Shown here: positions 30,191-40,809 of the stretch, piece after piece
How the letters are laid out: the number at the start of each line of letters is the position of its first letter
How positions within the stretch are numbered: position 1 is the first letter of the stretch
Source of the DNA: Candidatus Poribacteria bacterium
Lineage (GTDB): Bacteria > Poribacteria > WGA-4E > WGA-3G
Direction: 5' to 3'
DNA: 64,000 nt
Assembly (NCBI GenBank): GCA_964291315.2
Contig: OZ219753.1
Location: 3,040,001 to 3,104,000 of the forward strand
Position numbers and translations under genes: made by a program
The notes under the pieces: model-generated
Seen by the model: the letters and a program-made list of their open reading frames with translations, nothing else
What the model was told of the DNA's origin: nothing
The model's database searches: none

Positions 30191-32161
30191 CTAAAAGGAG
30201 CGGACAACCTTTGCCACCAGCCGTTGTTTGAACTCTATCGCGTTCGGATCGCCCAGTATGATGAAAAAGTCCGTGCCAGCGTAACCCGAGCGTCGTAGCG
30301 CCAAGTAGATGTTAACGCCTTCTACTTGCCAGATTAACCGACTACCAAGGCTCAGGGCGTTACTGAAGTCGTAGGTGAGGGTTAGAATCTGTTGATAGCG
30401 CCTCTCAAAGTGCCATTGGACTTGCGATGTGATCCCTGCAGTGAAGCCGTATGCACGTAGATTCAATCCCCCGCCGAGGCTATGAATCTCCTCCCCCGCC
30501 CGTTCGCCCCCCTGGTAGATGACATTGACAGTGTTGAAGCGGTCTGAGGCACGGGCACCCAAAATTATGCTAAACAAATGATCTCTGAATTCTTTAAATC
30601 GTCCCCCTTTCCATGCGATCAGGAACGAGTAGTCGCTGTGTGTCAAAAGTTGCGAGGAGAGATTGAAGAGACGCTGGAAAAGCTCCCCATCGTAAGTGTT
30701 CGCGTTCTCCAGCTGGGCAAAGAGTTGCAGCCTGCGCACAAACCCCTCTTGCCATTCGTTCTGTAGCGTCACACCTAAGTTTGCCCCGCGGTACCCTGTG
30801 AACGGATAGTAACCCAGCGGATTGACGAAATCCGGGTCCACCGCGAATGCAATCAAGTACGAGCGGACGAGAGAGCTGTTGTACCCAAACCTTACCAACC
30901 CGAACCTCTTATCTGATTCTCCCGCCCAACTTTGAGTCAGCTCACCGCCCACAAAAAAATTACCGCGGCGCGCAAAACCTGACAGGTACCCAGCATTTTG
31001 GGCACCTGTGTCGGATTTATGGGACGACAGGAATGCAGCGTCTAAACTGGTGGTCGCAGTGATCGACTGTGAAGCCCGGATCAGAAAGTTCTGGTTGTTT
31101 TTGTGATATGTGCCTAAAGAACCGACAGTTGTGTTTTTGCCAATCTTCCCAAACAGGTTCAGACCGCCATCCATATCTACTATCCGCCGTGAATGAAAAA
31201 AACCACCTAGATTGTAGATATTGCCACCCTCCGAAAAGAAGGGGCGCCGATCCGGCACGTAGCGTTCGCCGTAGGAGAAATCGATGCCCTCCACAGCTTG
31301 TTCAACATTATCAAAATCGGGATTCGCTGTCCCGATCAGGCGCAATTGTGGTGTAACTTCATAGCGGATATCCGCACCTCCGCGCGCAGTGTATTCCCTC
31401 TCGTCGGTATCCGTTTCGCTAATACCACCAATCAGATACGGCAATAACTTGATTTCCCGCCTACGAGGCGGCGGCAGCACATCCATCCAATGACCATCGT
31501 TCTCTTGAGAGTCATTCACGCCTAAGTTACACCACCACGAACGTTCCCCGGTGCGTTGTTGGAATCTGTCAATGTTGATCCCCATTTGAACAGATTGAGT
31601 CGTGTCAGGATAATCCAGCATCTGCCACGGGATTTCCATCTCTACAATCCATCCGTCTTCTACAATGCGCGCTGCAGCTTTCCACAGCCCGATCCATTCG
31701 CTTTTCTCCGCACGGCCCGTCGCGAGGTGTGCGTATTTTGTGCCAAGCGGATTTACAACAAAATAATTTCTGTCAAGTCCCTGGTGTGTATGGAATGGAT
31801 CAAGACTGAAAGAAACCGAATCTTCGTCTCTGATTCGCGCCTGGTCTTTGGTTTGGCGTGCTACAATTTTATCAGGCATATCATCGTAGAGATGAAGCCC
31901 TACGTAGATGGCTGTGTCCGTATAAACGAGGCGACCGATGGATTGATTTTTCGCTGGCTTTTCAGTGCGCTGATCGGTGAAACCTGTCGCTTGCGGCGCG
32001 TTTTGCCAGCAGGCATCGTCGAGAACACCGTCAATAGTTGGCGGATGTTCGATTTTAACTGCCGGCAACGCCTTTTTCACAGTGCTGTCCGTTGCAGCCC
32101 ACAGCTTTCCACACACAGTGAGGAAAAGAATGAAAGTGACGAATAGTTTTTTAGCTAGCAT
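30191..32161 (-). CDS. CBM9-like + DUF5916 domain protein
   Basis: Signal peptide, PTIDGVLDD..W, GW.VEM.IP, NPDF..VE, RPFF.EG, FHSRRI, beta-strand-rich C-terminus ending in F. Confidence 0.85.
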   Translation of the reverse strand: MLAKKLFVTFILFLTVCGKLWAATDSTVKKALPAVKIEHPPTIDGVLDDACWQNAPQATGFTDQRTEKPAKNQSIGRLVYTDTAIYVGLHLYDDMPDKIVARQTKDQARIRDEDSVSFSLDPFHTHQGLDRNYFVVNPLGTKYAHLATGRAEKSEWIGLWKAAARIVEDGWIVEMEIPWQMLDYPDTTQSVQMGINIDRFQQRTGERSWWCNLGVNDSQENDGHWMDVLPPPRRREIKLLPYLIGGISETDTDEREYTARGGADIRYEVTPQLRLIGTANPDFDNVEQAVEGIDFSYGERYVPDRRPFFSEGGNIYNLGGFFHSRRIVDMDGGLNLFGKIGKNTTVGSLGTYHKNNQNFLIRASQSITATTSLDAAFLSSHKSDTGAQNAGYLSGFARRGNFFVGGELTQSWAGESDKRFGLVRFGYNSSLVRSYLIAFAVDPDFVNPLGYYPFTGYRGANLGVTLQNEWQEGFVRRLQLFAQLENANTYDGELFQRLFNLSSQLLTHSDYSFLIAWKGGRFKEFRDHLFSIILGARASDRFNTVNVIYQGGERAGEEIHSLGGGLNLRAYGFTAGITSQVQWHFERRYQQILTLTYDFSNALSLGSRLIWQVEGVNIYLALRRSGYAGTDFFIILGDPNAIEFKQRLVAKVVRSF

Positions 32162-32624
32162 TTATTCTAAAGACCTCCAGATGAAACAATTGAACGTTTT
32201 AAGTGAACTCACGCAATACAGATAACGCGAGTTGTGAGTTTGATAGATACTGTAACGTGAGTTTGAAAAAAGATTTAGAGGATATCTTTCGTATTAACGC
32301 GAGCTTGATACATATTAGGTTCATCTTAAGAAAAAGAAAAAAAAAGGTTTATGGTTATGGCAGAAGGGTTGCTAAATACAAAACAAAGAGTATCAGGCCG
32401 CTTCAGATGTGTGAGCGCCTCGGCATTCATTAGCAAGGGCGCGCACTTTTCTCTGTCAGGCAACGAAATCATCGACTGCATGCTGCGATGAGGTATCAAA
32501 AATATTATCCCGCGACGGAGCAGCGATCATACCATTACTGGCAAATCTCTGACTAGACGCAGGTTCTAGGTCCACCTGCAAGGATTACGTCTTCGCCCGT
32601 AGCTTTTCCATCCGTCCCCTATCG

Positions 32625-34169
32625 CTAACCTTTGGACGAAACCGAGGTAACCCCAACAATGCCTTTCTGCATCAATTCGATCAGTAACGTATCGGAGTGT
32701 TTAAGGGTGTTCCTTGGAACAGGGTGCCACAGACTTAATTGATTTATGACCTCTGCTTCTTCTGAGCAGATAGGGATACGTATTGTATACAGCAGGTCAT
32801 CCGAAACAAAAAATGCCCCGGTTTGTCTGCCGCTTAGCGCGAGAAACAGAAGGCTTTCCGGTTCGAGCCTCAACTCGATTTGAGAAGTATACGGCGCGAT
32901 CAACTGACGGTAGTCAGCATCTGCGAGTCCTTTGTAGACAGGACTGGCGGTGGTTCCTGTCTTTGCATACTGTAACCGGGGTCTCTTCTTTGTGAATCTT
33001 TGATGAAACCGGGTCCCAAAGGGAGATAACGTCGGCCTCGTTTCGTTTGTCGGGCTGTTAAGCACGCGTTCTACAAATTGTATGACCTGTTCCGTATAGC
33101 GCGCGTAACTAAATTTCGCCTTGACCCTCTCCCGCCCGCGTTGTCCTTGTTCTTCGCGGAGATGCCTGTTTTCAATCAAGGCTCTTATTGCACGTATGAC
33201 GGCTGGTGTGTCAATTCGAATGCCGTTTGTTGTCACCCATGTGTTTATGGAAAATCCGCCCTCAAGGTCTCGGATAGTGTCTTTTAATCCGCCCCATGCC
33301 GTGCCGATAACAGGCACTCCCGCACTCATCGCTTCGATCTGGGACAACCCGAAGTTTTCGTCGTGGTGGAGCGTGAGGTTTATGAAGGCATCAGACGCAT
33401 TGAAAACCTCGTTGAGTTCCTCGGAGCTTTGCCACCCGAGTATGATAACATCCTCTGAAATCTGTAATGACGCTATAAGGGCTTGGACTTTATCCTCTAA
33501 ATCCATCGGATGCATACGGAATTCAGAAAAAGGGACATCCTCAAAACGTCCCACGACGACCAACTTCACAGGGGTCCCCGAGTGTATGAGTTCAGCGACG
33601 GCCCTGAGTGTTGTGTGCAGATTCTTTTCAATGGTCACCCGCCCCGTGTAGACAAGGACAAAATCATCTGGCTTGACTCCCCAATCCTTTCGGAGTTTTT
33701 CGCGCGCTTCTCCGCTTTTTAAAGGGAAGTAAGTTTCAAGATTCACACCGAACGGAAGGTAGACCGCTTCCGGAGTGGGCTTATCTAGGTCAATAAACTC
33801 ATAATAGATGTCCCTATCGGCTGTGCTAGTAAACCATATCGCATCGCTCTGATATAGATAGGGCATAATATCTCGAAATTTGTTCGCGCCCCGGGGGAAT
33901 CCTCCGAGGGCTTGGAATATTGTTTTCCCTCTCCATCCATTTTCTTTTAGGAATTCAATATGCTTGCTATAGCTTGTGATGGCCAAATCCACATCTACCG
34001 CATTTTCGAGCGTCCATGATTCCATCTCTCTTACGCTGAAGGGCTCCCCTTCTGCTTTCAAGAGACGATACTCTTTTTCAAGAATCTGCTCTATCTGACT
34101 AAAAACAGTGTATAGACTGGAATCAGGCTCTTCCGTTGCGGCGTGTCGGGTCAATAGAATAGTTTTCAT
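32625..34169 (-). CDS. GT-B/GT4 glycosyltransferase with C-terminal extension, in lanthipeptide cluster
   Basis: PFGVN, YTGRVTIEKN, ENFGLSQIEAMSAGVPVI; co-oriented 108 nt downstream of the ABC exporters. Confidence 0.88.
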   Translation of the reverse strand: MKTILLTRHAATEEPDSSLYTVFSQIEQILEKEYRLLKAEGEPFSVREMESWTLENAVDVDLAITSYSKHIEFLKENGWRGKTIFQALGGFPRGANKFRDIMPYLYQSDAIWFTSTADRDIYYEFIDLDKPTPEAVYLPFGVNLETYFPLKSGEAREKLRKDWGVKPDDFVLVYTGRVTIEKNLHTTLRAVAELIHSGTPVKLVVVGRFEDVPFSEFRMHPMDLEDKVQALIASLQISEDVIILGWQSSEELNEVFNASDAFINLTLHHDENFGLSQIEAMSAGVPVIGTAWGGLKDTIRDLEGGFSINTWVTTNGIRIDTPAVIRAIRALIENRHLREEQGQRGRERVKAKFSYARYTEQVIQFVERVLNSPTNETRPTLSPFGTRFHQRFTKKRPRLQYAKTGTTASPVYKGLADADYRQLIAPYTSQIELRLEPESLLFLALSGRQTGAFFVSDDLLYTIRIPICSEEAEVINQLSLWHPVPRNTLKHSDTLLIELMQKGIVGVTSVSSKG

Positions 34170-34276
34170 GTTCTGTTTCCTCTACGTTATATCTATCTCA
34201 CTTTATGGGTCCTGAAATACATCCGTTAGTTAAAAGAGAGTCCCTCTTAAAACCTACTTAGCGACATCTATTATTC

Positions 34277-36067
34277 TTAGGCGTACCACGCAGATTGAGC
34301 CCGCCACATCTCAGCATATATACCCTCGTTCGCGAGCAACTCCGCGTGGGTCCCGCTTTCAACAAGGGCTCCCTCGTCTAAAACCAGAATTCTGTCACAC
34401 AACCGGGCAACTCCGAGTCTATGTGAGATGACGAGGAGGGTCCGGGATTCTGCTTTCGTTAACAACTCTCGAATTATGTCAGCCTCGGCAACGGGGTCTA
34501 TGGACGCAGTGGGTTCATCAAAAACCATGAGTGGACTGTCTCGAAATAGCCCGCGTGCGACCGCTATGCGAAGCCACTCGCCGCCTGATATGTCACGACC
34601 TCCGAACTCGTTTCCAAGGTAGAGATCTAAATCCTGCGAAAAAGTCGACCCCGCTTTCAACAAGGCGCTTCGTATACCCGCGTCGTCTTGAATGCGCTTA
34701 ACATCAGAAAACGCCACATTGTCGCGGACCGGCAGCAGATATCTAACAAAATCTTGGAAAACCGCACTCGCCTCCACCGTTTTCTGAGCTGTGCCTGCAT
34801 CTATCTTCACGCTGCCACGGCTCGGCGGATACAATCCGAGCAGGATATTTGCCAAAGTCGTCTTCCCAGATCCATTTTTACCCACAAGCGCAATGCGCTC
34901 TCCAGGGCTGATTTCTGCGGTAATGTGCTTTAGTACATCCGTCCCAGTTTGAGGATACCGGAAGGAGATACCCTCCATTTGAAGACGTAGCGGCTCCGCG
35001 CTGCCGTGTGCCGAAATATTGCTATCAGGGTTCGAGTTAGAAATCGCCGGCTGCTCAACGTTATCGGGCTGTATGGAAAAGAGTATGGCGAGTTCACGTA
35101 AAATACCCACCTGTTCCGCGAGGCTTCCAAGGGAACGCACCATCGTGGAAAGAAAGCCTTGCAAACTCACCGCTGCATGAATCAATCCGGTAAAAATGCC
35201 GGCTGTCTCTTTTGGGTCTGCGCTCTGTGCAGCGTGTGCTGCAATGAAAAGGACCGCCGCATATCCAAATACTGTGGAGAATCCGGCAAGCACCTCCCAG
35301 CGCATTATCTTTTTTAGCGTGGCAAGCTCTAGATTGGCAACGGTTTGATAAGATTTTTCCCACTTTGCCAACAACCAACGTTGGAGCGTGAACAACCGAA
35401 TTTCCCCCGCGCTGGTGCGAGAGGCGAGAAGCTCTGCCCAAGTCTCTTGTATCCGCTGCGAACGAACAACCGACCGTTCATGATCGCGTCTCAGCGAGAT
35501 GACACGCGGTTGTGTCAGGGAAATAACGACAGTGGATAACAACAGGGCCGCAGCACACCAGATGCCACCGCCAATGATGAATACCGCCGCGAACAACCCA
35601 ACAAGCGTAGCAACGCAGTGAATGTTATCTAGCACACTACGCAACAAACGCACAATACGATCCCCGAAATCCCGATGAGCCCGAGACGAAACGTCATGAA
35701 ACTCAGCGTCAAAAAAATGGAGCATCGGGATTCGCGCCGCCTGTTTTAAAAGCCGCTGCTGAAAATAGAGTATGGCTCGATTTGAGAACCATAACTGGGT
35801 CGGATAATTCAAAACATCGGTTAAAATTTGACACCCCGACATCACAAGATACATACAGCACCAGAAGAAGACTCGCTCGCCATTTATCAGGGCATTCGTA
35901 AACCCTGCGACAATAATAGCAGCAAACGCAAAAAACGCGGCATTCACAAGCCGCAAGAACACAGTGACAAAAAGCTGAAAAGGGGCAACAACGACAAAAC
36001 GGAGCACAATTCCTAAAACAGCCCGCCGCGAAACGTGTTGTACCTCTAAGCTGCTCACTGATACCAC
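34277..36067 (-). CDS. ABC exporter permease/ATPase (LanT-like)
   Basis: TM domain, GKNGSGKTT, ISGGEW, VFDEPT, SHRL; overlaps the upstream ABC gene. Confidence 0.92.
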   Translation of the reverse strand: MVSVSSLEVQHVSRRAVLGIVLRFVVVAPFQLFVTVFLRLVNAAFFAFAAIIVAGFTNALINGERVFFWCCMYLVMSGCQILTDVLNYPTQLWFSNRAILYFQQRLLKQAARIPMLHFFDAEFHDVSSRAHRDFGDRIVRLLRSVLDNIHCVATLVGLFAAVFIIGGGIWCAAALLLSTVVISLTQPRVISLRRDHERSVVRSQRIQETWAELLASRTSAGEIRLFTLQRWLLAKWEKSYQTVANLELATLKKIMRWEVLAGFSTVFGYAAVLFIAAHAAQSADPKETAGIFTGLIHAAVSLQGFLSTMVRSLGSLAEQVGILRELAILFSIQPDNVEQPAISNSNPDSNISAHGSAEPLRLQMEGISFRYPQTGTDVLKHITAEISPGERIALVGKNGSGKTTLANILLGLYPPSRGSVKIDAGTAQKTVEASAVFQDFVRYLLPVRDNVAFSDVKRIQDDAGIRSALLKAGSTFSQDLDLYLGNEFGGRDISGGEWLRIAVARGLFRDSPLMVFDEPTASIDPVAEADIIRELLTKAESRTLLVISHRLGVARLCDRILVLDEGALVESGTHAELLANEGIYAEMWRAQSAWYA

Positions 36068-37818
36068 TCCCTTTGTTCATTGAACATCTGAGCGTACTTC
36101 CCGTTTTTATCCAGCAGTTCCCTGGGTGTCCCAATTTCCACCAGGGTCCCCTTCTCTAAAACCGCAATCCGATCTGCAAGACGGGTAGGGCCAAGGCGAT
36201 GCGTTATAAGCAATGCTGTTTTCCCCTCTACCAACGCCACAAAATGCTCAAATAGTGCAAGCTCTGCCAACGGATCGAGATTCGCAGTGGGCTCGTCAAA
36301 AATAAAAAGGGAGACCTCTTTTTTCAAGAGACTCCTCGCCAATGCCACACGTTGCCATTCACCGCCGGATATATCCACGCCCCCTAACTCAGGCCCCAGA
36401 AGTGTTTCTAAACACAAGTTTTCTGTAGAAAATCCAACTTGCGCTAACGCAGCCTGAATGTCAGGATCTTGATTAGCGTCCAGACTGAAGGTAACGTTCT
36501 CTCGCAGCGTGCTCGGATACCTCACCGGGTGTTGAAAAACAAAGGTACACGCATTTCGAATGTCATCGGCGGCCATGCCGACAGCGTCTACACCGTCTAT
36601 CACCACGCGCCCATCTGTCGGAGAACGGAGCCCCGCCAACATGTGTGCCAACGTTGTCTTTCCAGACCCGTTTTCGCCTACGATTGCAAGAATTTCACCG
36701 GGGTGGAGATGCATATGAATGCCGCAAACCGCATCTGTGTCAGCACCGGGATAACGGTAGGTAACGCCGTCTAAAACGATACCTTGCCGCAGCGGACAAG
36801 GATAGGAGACAGAATCAGTTGATGAGGCTTCGGACGAGGGGAGAGCCATCAGACGACGAAAGTCCTCGCCATACCCGATATGTTGTACAAAACTCCTCAC
36901 CGTAAACTGCGCGGAATTCATACCGGCGGTGATAGTCCGAAACGCTTGTAGCACTAAGGCCGCAAGTCCCGGTTCAATTCGTCCACTGGAGAGAGAGACT
37001 ATGAACAGAGAAGCCCCAAGTATGAGTGTGAAAAGAAGGACTGCAAGGCCCCCTTGATACGTATTTTGAAGTGAAACCCGTAACTCCCCGCTCATATAAT
37101 CGCTCAGTGTCTTCTGCCAGCGTCCGAGGAGGGTCTCACCGATACCCCATAGGCGAATTTCGGAGGCACTTTGCCGACGCGTTAATAGTTGAACATAGTA
37201 ATCAGAAAGCCGTTTTTGATCCGTGTTTTCCACTTCAAAGCGGCGTTCACGCTGCCCCCAATAACTATTGAGGTACCTCAGGAGCACAACCCCACAAGCG
37301 AGTACTACCGGTAGCCATAAAGATATCAACCCTAAAATAACTGCGCTTGTTACCAAGATCGGCACATATTCGAGAATCTCCAACGCATCTTCCATTAAAC
37401 GGGGGCCGCGCACGTCTGCACCAGCAACCACGCGATAGATGAGATCATGCGTCTGTTTATCATCAAAAGCCTCCAGAGACAGGTTGCCTATCTTTGTCAA
37501 GGCACGACGTTGCAAAGAAAAACCGGCCTTCACTCGTATCCGTTCACGCAAGAGGGGAAGCACAATGAAGATGAGCTGTTGCCCAACAAACACAACGCAG
37601 AGCAGAATCAACCACACAAACGCAGCATCTAATCCACCGTCTACCAGCTGGTTGACTGTGGCGCGCAACAGAAGTAGAGCCCCGGCCGCCAAACCCGCTT
37701 GGATAAGCACAAGCAATACCCAAACAACAACAATATCCGGTGCTGATCTGACAATTCTTGAAAAGAGCCACAATAAGTTTCGGTATGAGGAACGTTCAGT
37801 TTCTACTGCGGAGTGCAT
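36055..37818 (-). CDS. ABC exporter permease/ATPase (LanT-like)
   Basis: TM domain, GENGSGKTT, ISGGEWQR, IFDEPT, THRL; overlaps the lanKC stop. Confidence 0.92.
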   Translation of the reverse strand: MHSAVETERSSYRNLLWLFSRIVRSAPDIVVVWVLLVLIQAGLAAGALLLLRATVNQLVDGGLDAAFVWLILLCVVFVGQQLIFIVLPLLRERIRVKAGFSLQRRALTKIGNLSLEAFDDKQTHDLIYRVVAGADVRGPRLMEDALEILEYVPILVTSAVILGLISLWLPVVLACGVVLLRYLNSYWGQRERRFEVENTDQKRLSDYYVQLLTRRQSASEIRLWGIGETLLGRWQKTLSDYMSGELRVSLQNTYQGGLAVLLFTLILGASLFIVSLSSGRIEPGLAALVLQAFRTITAGMNSAQFTVRSFVQHIGYGEDFRRLMALPSSEASSTDSVSYPCPLRQGIVLDGVTYRYPGADTDAVCGIHMHLHPGEILAIVGENGSGKTTLAHMLAGLRSPTDGRVVIDGVDAVGMAADDIRNACTFVFQHPVRYPSTLRENVTFSLDANQDPDIQAALAQVGFSTENLCLETLLGPELGGVDISGGEWQRVALARSLLKKEVSLFIFDEPTANLDPLAELALFEHFVALVEGKTALLITHRLGPTRLADRIAVLEKGTLVEIGTPRELLDKNGKYAQMFNEQREWYQ

Positions 37819-40511
37819 AGCAGGTCATCGAGCAAAAAATTGAAATTTTTGAATCTCTTTTCTCGGTTTGCTAGCCGAGCCAGAAACATCGCAATCCCCG
37901 CGGAGCCGCTCCCAAAATCGTTGGAAATCCGCAAAAGCTGTTCCCCCGGGAAAGCAATACCGTCCGGATTCTCTATTTGAAACTCAAGGATCCCTTTCGT
38001 AATTTTGAGTGCAGTTTCTATGCATTTGGTATCACCGGTAAAATCCCAAAGATCCAACTGTAGATTTCCAAGCCCGGCAAGTCCCGTAAATAAGGTGGGA
38101 AACGCAGTGAGATCACGAGCAGTGTCCGGCATCAAAGCATCCAACATCTCCTTATACTCGTCATTCTTGAAAACAGACCAGTAACGAACGAGCGCCGTAC
38201 AAACGCCTGCCGATCCGTCTGACCAGTAATGCGAAGCGACATTCTTGTGCATAGAAGGTGGTGACTCGGCGGCAACGCGTCGGATTTGAAATCCCTGTCT
38301 TGTTTCTTCCACTTGTGCTAAATCGTAAGATAACGCTCTTCGCCCGGCTTCTTCAAATCGGAGCTCTCCACTCGCCAATCTTAAGTAAAGGAAATAGAGT
38401 GCTATTCCTGATTGTCCCCTTGCATAGCCACACCAAATGTTTCCCTCCGTGTCTGGCCAGTAGTAACCCTCTTCTGATTCTGACTTTGTGTGGATTAACC
38501 GATCTCCCACTTGAACCGCCTGCTCCAACCAATATTCATCCTGTGTCTCTTTATGGAAATAGAGGCAAGCCAAACCGAAACCGGCAGCACCGTGGTAAAT
38601 GTCGGGAAGTTCCCAGAGCAACGGGTGCTCCGCTGCAGCTTTCATCAATTGCAACGCTATCTTTTGCTGTCCTAGCTTCCAAAACACCCATGCTATTCCG
38701 GACAGCCCCAGGTAGAGCCCCGGCGGATATTTGTCATTTGAAATCTCTTGTGATAGCATCCACGTTATTACTTTCTCTGAAACTTTACCCTCCAGAGACA
38801 ACAGGGCATAAGCAACACCTGCTGCGCCATGGGCGACGCTTAATGGATTCGTCCTGAAAACAGACGGATCCGCAGGAAAGAGGCAATCCGTTCTGTTAAA
38901 ACTCATATGAGACGTGATATAGTTCACTGTCTTATCGACAGTATCCATCAAACACATATCGCTTACCCTCGCCTTATCTGTATCCAATTGGGTGTGTGTA
39001 TCAAGCGACATGTTATTTAGTCGGTTTAAGATTTCATCTACTGACGGGCGCACATTTTCTTCCGCATCCATGCACTCAAGTATAAGTTCCTTCATACGAC
39101 GCGGAAGGGATCCAGCGTTTTCCGCACTCGCTAGGAAGCCATGTGTTGCTGTAGGCTTTATATTTAGTAAAGAGGTCACGGGGCAAATTAAACTGAACAT
39201 GATCCGGCCCAACCCGTATATGTCGTCCGAGGGGGACTGCACCCCTTCTGAGGGTCTAAACCCCGGTGTTCCAAACGTCGTGTATGGTGCATCAACGCCG
39301 ACCTCCCAAGCCCCCTCCAAGTCAATAAGTTGCAACGTTTCATCGTTTTGATGGAGGATGATATTTCCAGGCGAAGTATCATTAATAACGATGTTATGCT
39401 CATGTACAATTTTTAAGGCATGGGTAAGATTTGCGAAGATCTTATAGAGTCCCTCTACATAAATGTTCCCGTCTTTTTCGTCACTTCCAAGTGTCTCATT
39501 TCTACCTTGAGAAACGAGATCAAAGAGGTTGCTACCTTCAAGAAACTCCTCAACGAGGAATAGATGCTCCCAATCCTGAAAAAGATCCAAGGGCTCTGGT
39601 GTAACACCCGTTCCACTTAACTTGCTTAACAGACGATGCTCTTTTCTTAACCTCTCCACCGCGTCCAACCCGTCGGGGCCAATGTTCGTGTGGGGGCGTG
39701 CCTCTTTGATAACCACATGCTGCCCCGTATCCATGTCCACAGCTTTATAAACACCGCCCGTGAGAGAATAGTGCAGCGATCCTTCAATAAGGTATTTACC
39801 ATCCTTCAAAGAAAGCGCGTCCAGATCAGAAGAGTCATCTACTTCATTATTTTCATCTGAATCAAAAGGATCGGACATCCAAGGTGGGAGATCGAAAAAT
39901 GGAGACCTGCCATCCGTCACGAGCGCTCCATTAGGATCTTGAAGAAAATTTTCAACCTGCCCAAATATTGATATTTTGGGGACACCAATAAAGGCACCGT
40001 AACGATAATGCACTACTTCAGAGGTTTTATACCGCTTGTCTGATAAAATGTAAGGTCCCTTCATATCAGCGAGCTGCTCACATAAATCATCTGCAACCCT
40101 GTGGAAATGTTGAACATCTGACGGATAAATCGTTAAAAACTTTCCGCCAGATTCTCTGGCCCCTCCTTTATCCATTATTATGCTGAACACGAAAGGGTCT
40201 GCCAGAAATTTGAAAGCGACTTCCTGCCGAACGCAAATGTCGGTACATCTCTCAAGTATCTGCTTACAATTATCGGGGATCGCGGAAATGTGAATCTTCC
40301 AACCTTGTCTCAACGATTCATGGCTTCGAGGGAAAGTGTGCGTCCAAATGCCGTCTTGGCGGAGGTTCCATGAGATCGGCAACCTCTCGCGGACGATCTG
40401 CAGAAAATCCGGAGAAGGAACATATCGAGAAAAGGGCTCATACCAGTCTGAAGGTATAAGGCTATGAAAAGGGTATAGATTACGTCCGAAGTTTGGATCT
40501 GTTATGAGCAT
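37803..40511 (-). CDS. lanKC: Class III lanthipeptide synthetase (lyase-kinase-cyclase)
   Basis: Lyase QGWKIHIS, GKFLTIYP, GPYILSD, YRYGAF; kinase GGVYKA, IKEARP, DTSPGN, IDLE; LanC-like cyclase lacking Zn ligands (WSDGSAG and LFTGLAG in place of CHG). Confidence 0.93.
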   Translation of the reverse strand: MLITDPNFGRNLYPFHSLIPSDWYEPFSRYVPSPDFLQIVRERLPISWNLRQDGIWTHTFPRSHESLRQGWKIHISAIPDNCKQILERCTDICVRQEVAFKFLADPFVFSIIMDKGGARESGGKFLTIYPSDVQHFHRVADDLCEQLADMKGPYILSDKRYKTSEVVHYRYGAFIGVPKISIFGQVENFLQDPNGALVTDGRSPFFDLPPWMSDPFDSDENNEVDDSSDLDALSLKDGKYLIEGSLHYSLTGGVYKAVDMDTGQHVVIKEARPHTNIGPDGLDAVERLRKEHRLLSKLSGTGVTPEPLDLFQDWEHLFLVEEFLEGSNLFDLVSQGRNETLGSDEKDGNIYVEGLYKIFANLTHALKIVHEHNIVINDTSPGNIILHQNDETLQLIDLEGAWEVGVDAPYTTFGTPGFRPSEGVQSPSDDIYGLGRIMFSLICPVTSLLNIKPTATHGFLASAENAGSLPRRMKELILECMDAEENVRPSVDEILNRLNNMSLDTHTQLDTDKARVSDMCLMDTVDKTVNYITSHMSFNRTDCLFPADPSVFRTNPLSVAHGAAGVAYALLSLEGKVSEKVITWMLSQEISNDKYPPGLYLGLSGIAWVFWKLGQQKIALQLMKAAAEHPLLWELPDIYHGAAGFGLACLYFHKETQDEYWLEQAVQVGDRLIHTKSESEEGYYWPDTEGNIWCGYARGQSGIALYFLYLRLASGELRFEEAGRRALSYDLAQVEETRQGFQIRRVAAESPPSMHKNVASHYWSDGSAGVCTALVRYWSVFKNDEYKEMLDALMPDTARDLTAFPTLFTGLAGLGNLQLDLWDFTGDTKCIETALKITKGILEFQIENPDGIAFPGEQLLRISNDFGSGSAGIAMFLARLANREKRFKNFNFLLDDLLCTPQ

Positions 40512-40576
40512 AAAATTATCCCAAATGAGTGAGGCCAGCCCTGCAGTCTGTGCCTGTCATTACTTAAAACTGTCAT

Positions 40577-40615
40577 CTGTGAACCAGACGCTGTCATCAC
40601 AGATCCAGCCCACAG
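40577..40615 (-). promoter_or_regulatory. RNA hairpin 3' of precursor A1
   Basis: CTGTGGGCTGGA-T-CTGT-GATG-ACAG-CG-TCTGGTTCACAG pairs fully with G-U wobbles. Confidence 0.65.
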
Positions 40616-40630
40616 ACAAAAGAAAATAGG

Positions 40631-40744
40631 CTAAGTGCAATTGTTTGTGCAACTAGAAGCCACGCAAGAACTTGCAGACACAGTCATTGAAGACGTACTC
40701 AAGTTCAAGACGGGCATCTGTTGTAATGCTAAAACGCGCTTCAT
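40631..40744 (-). CDS. lanA: Lanthipeptide precursor A1, MKRVLALQQMPVLNLSTSSMTVSASSCVASSCTNNCT (37 aa)
   Basis: AAGGAG RBS; VLALQ class III leader motif; Ser/Thr/Cys-rich C-terminus; directly upstream of lanKC. Confidence 0.9.
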   Translation of the reverse strand: MKRVLALQQMPVLNLSTSSMTVSASSCVASSCTNNCT

Positions 40745-40770
40745 AAGAAAACTCCTTGTTTCTATGTTAG

Positions 40771-40809
40771 CTGTGAACCAGACGCTGTCATCACAGATCC
40801 GGCTCACAG
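40771..40809 (-). promoter_or_regulatory. RNA hairpin 3' of precursor A2
   Basis: Copy of 40577-40615 with two substitutions that keep base pairing. Confidence 0.65.

Noticed and set aside
37803-38900. Class IV (LanL) assignment for the synthetase
   Set aside because: The cyclase lacks the Cys/Cys/His zinc ligands (WSDG and LFTG in place of CHG motifs), which indicates class III.
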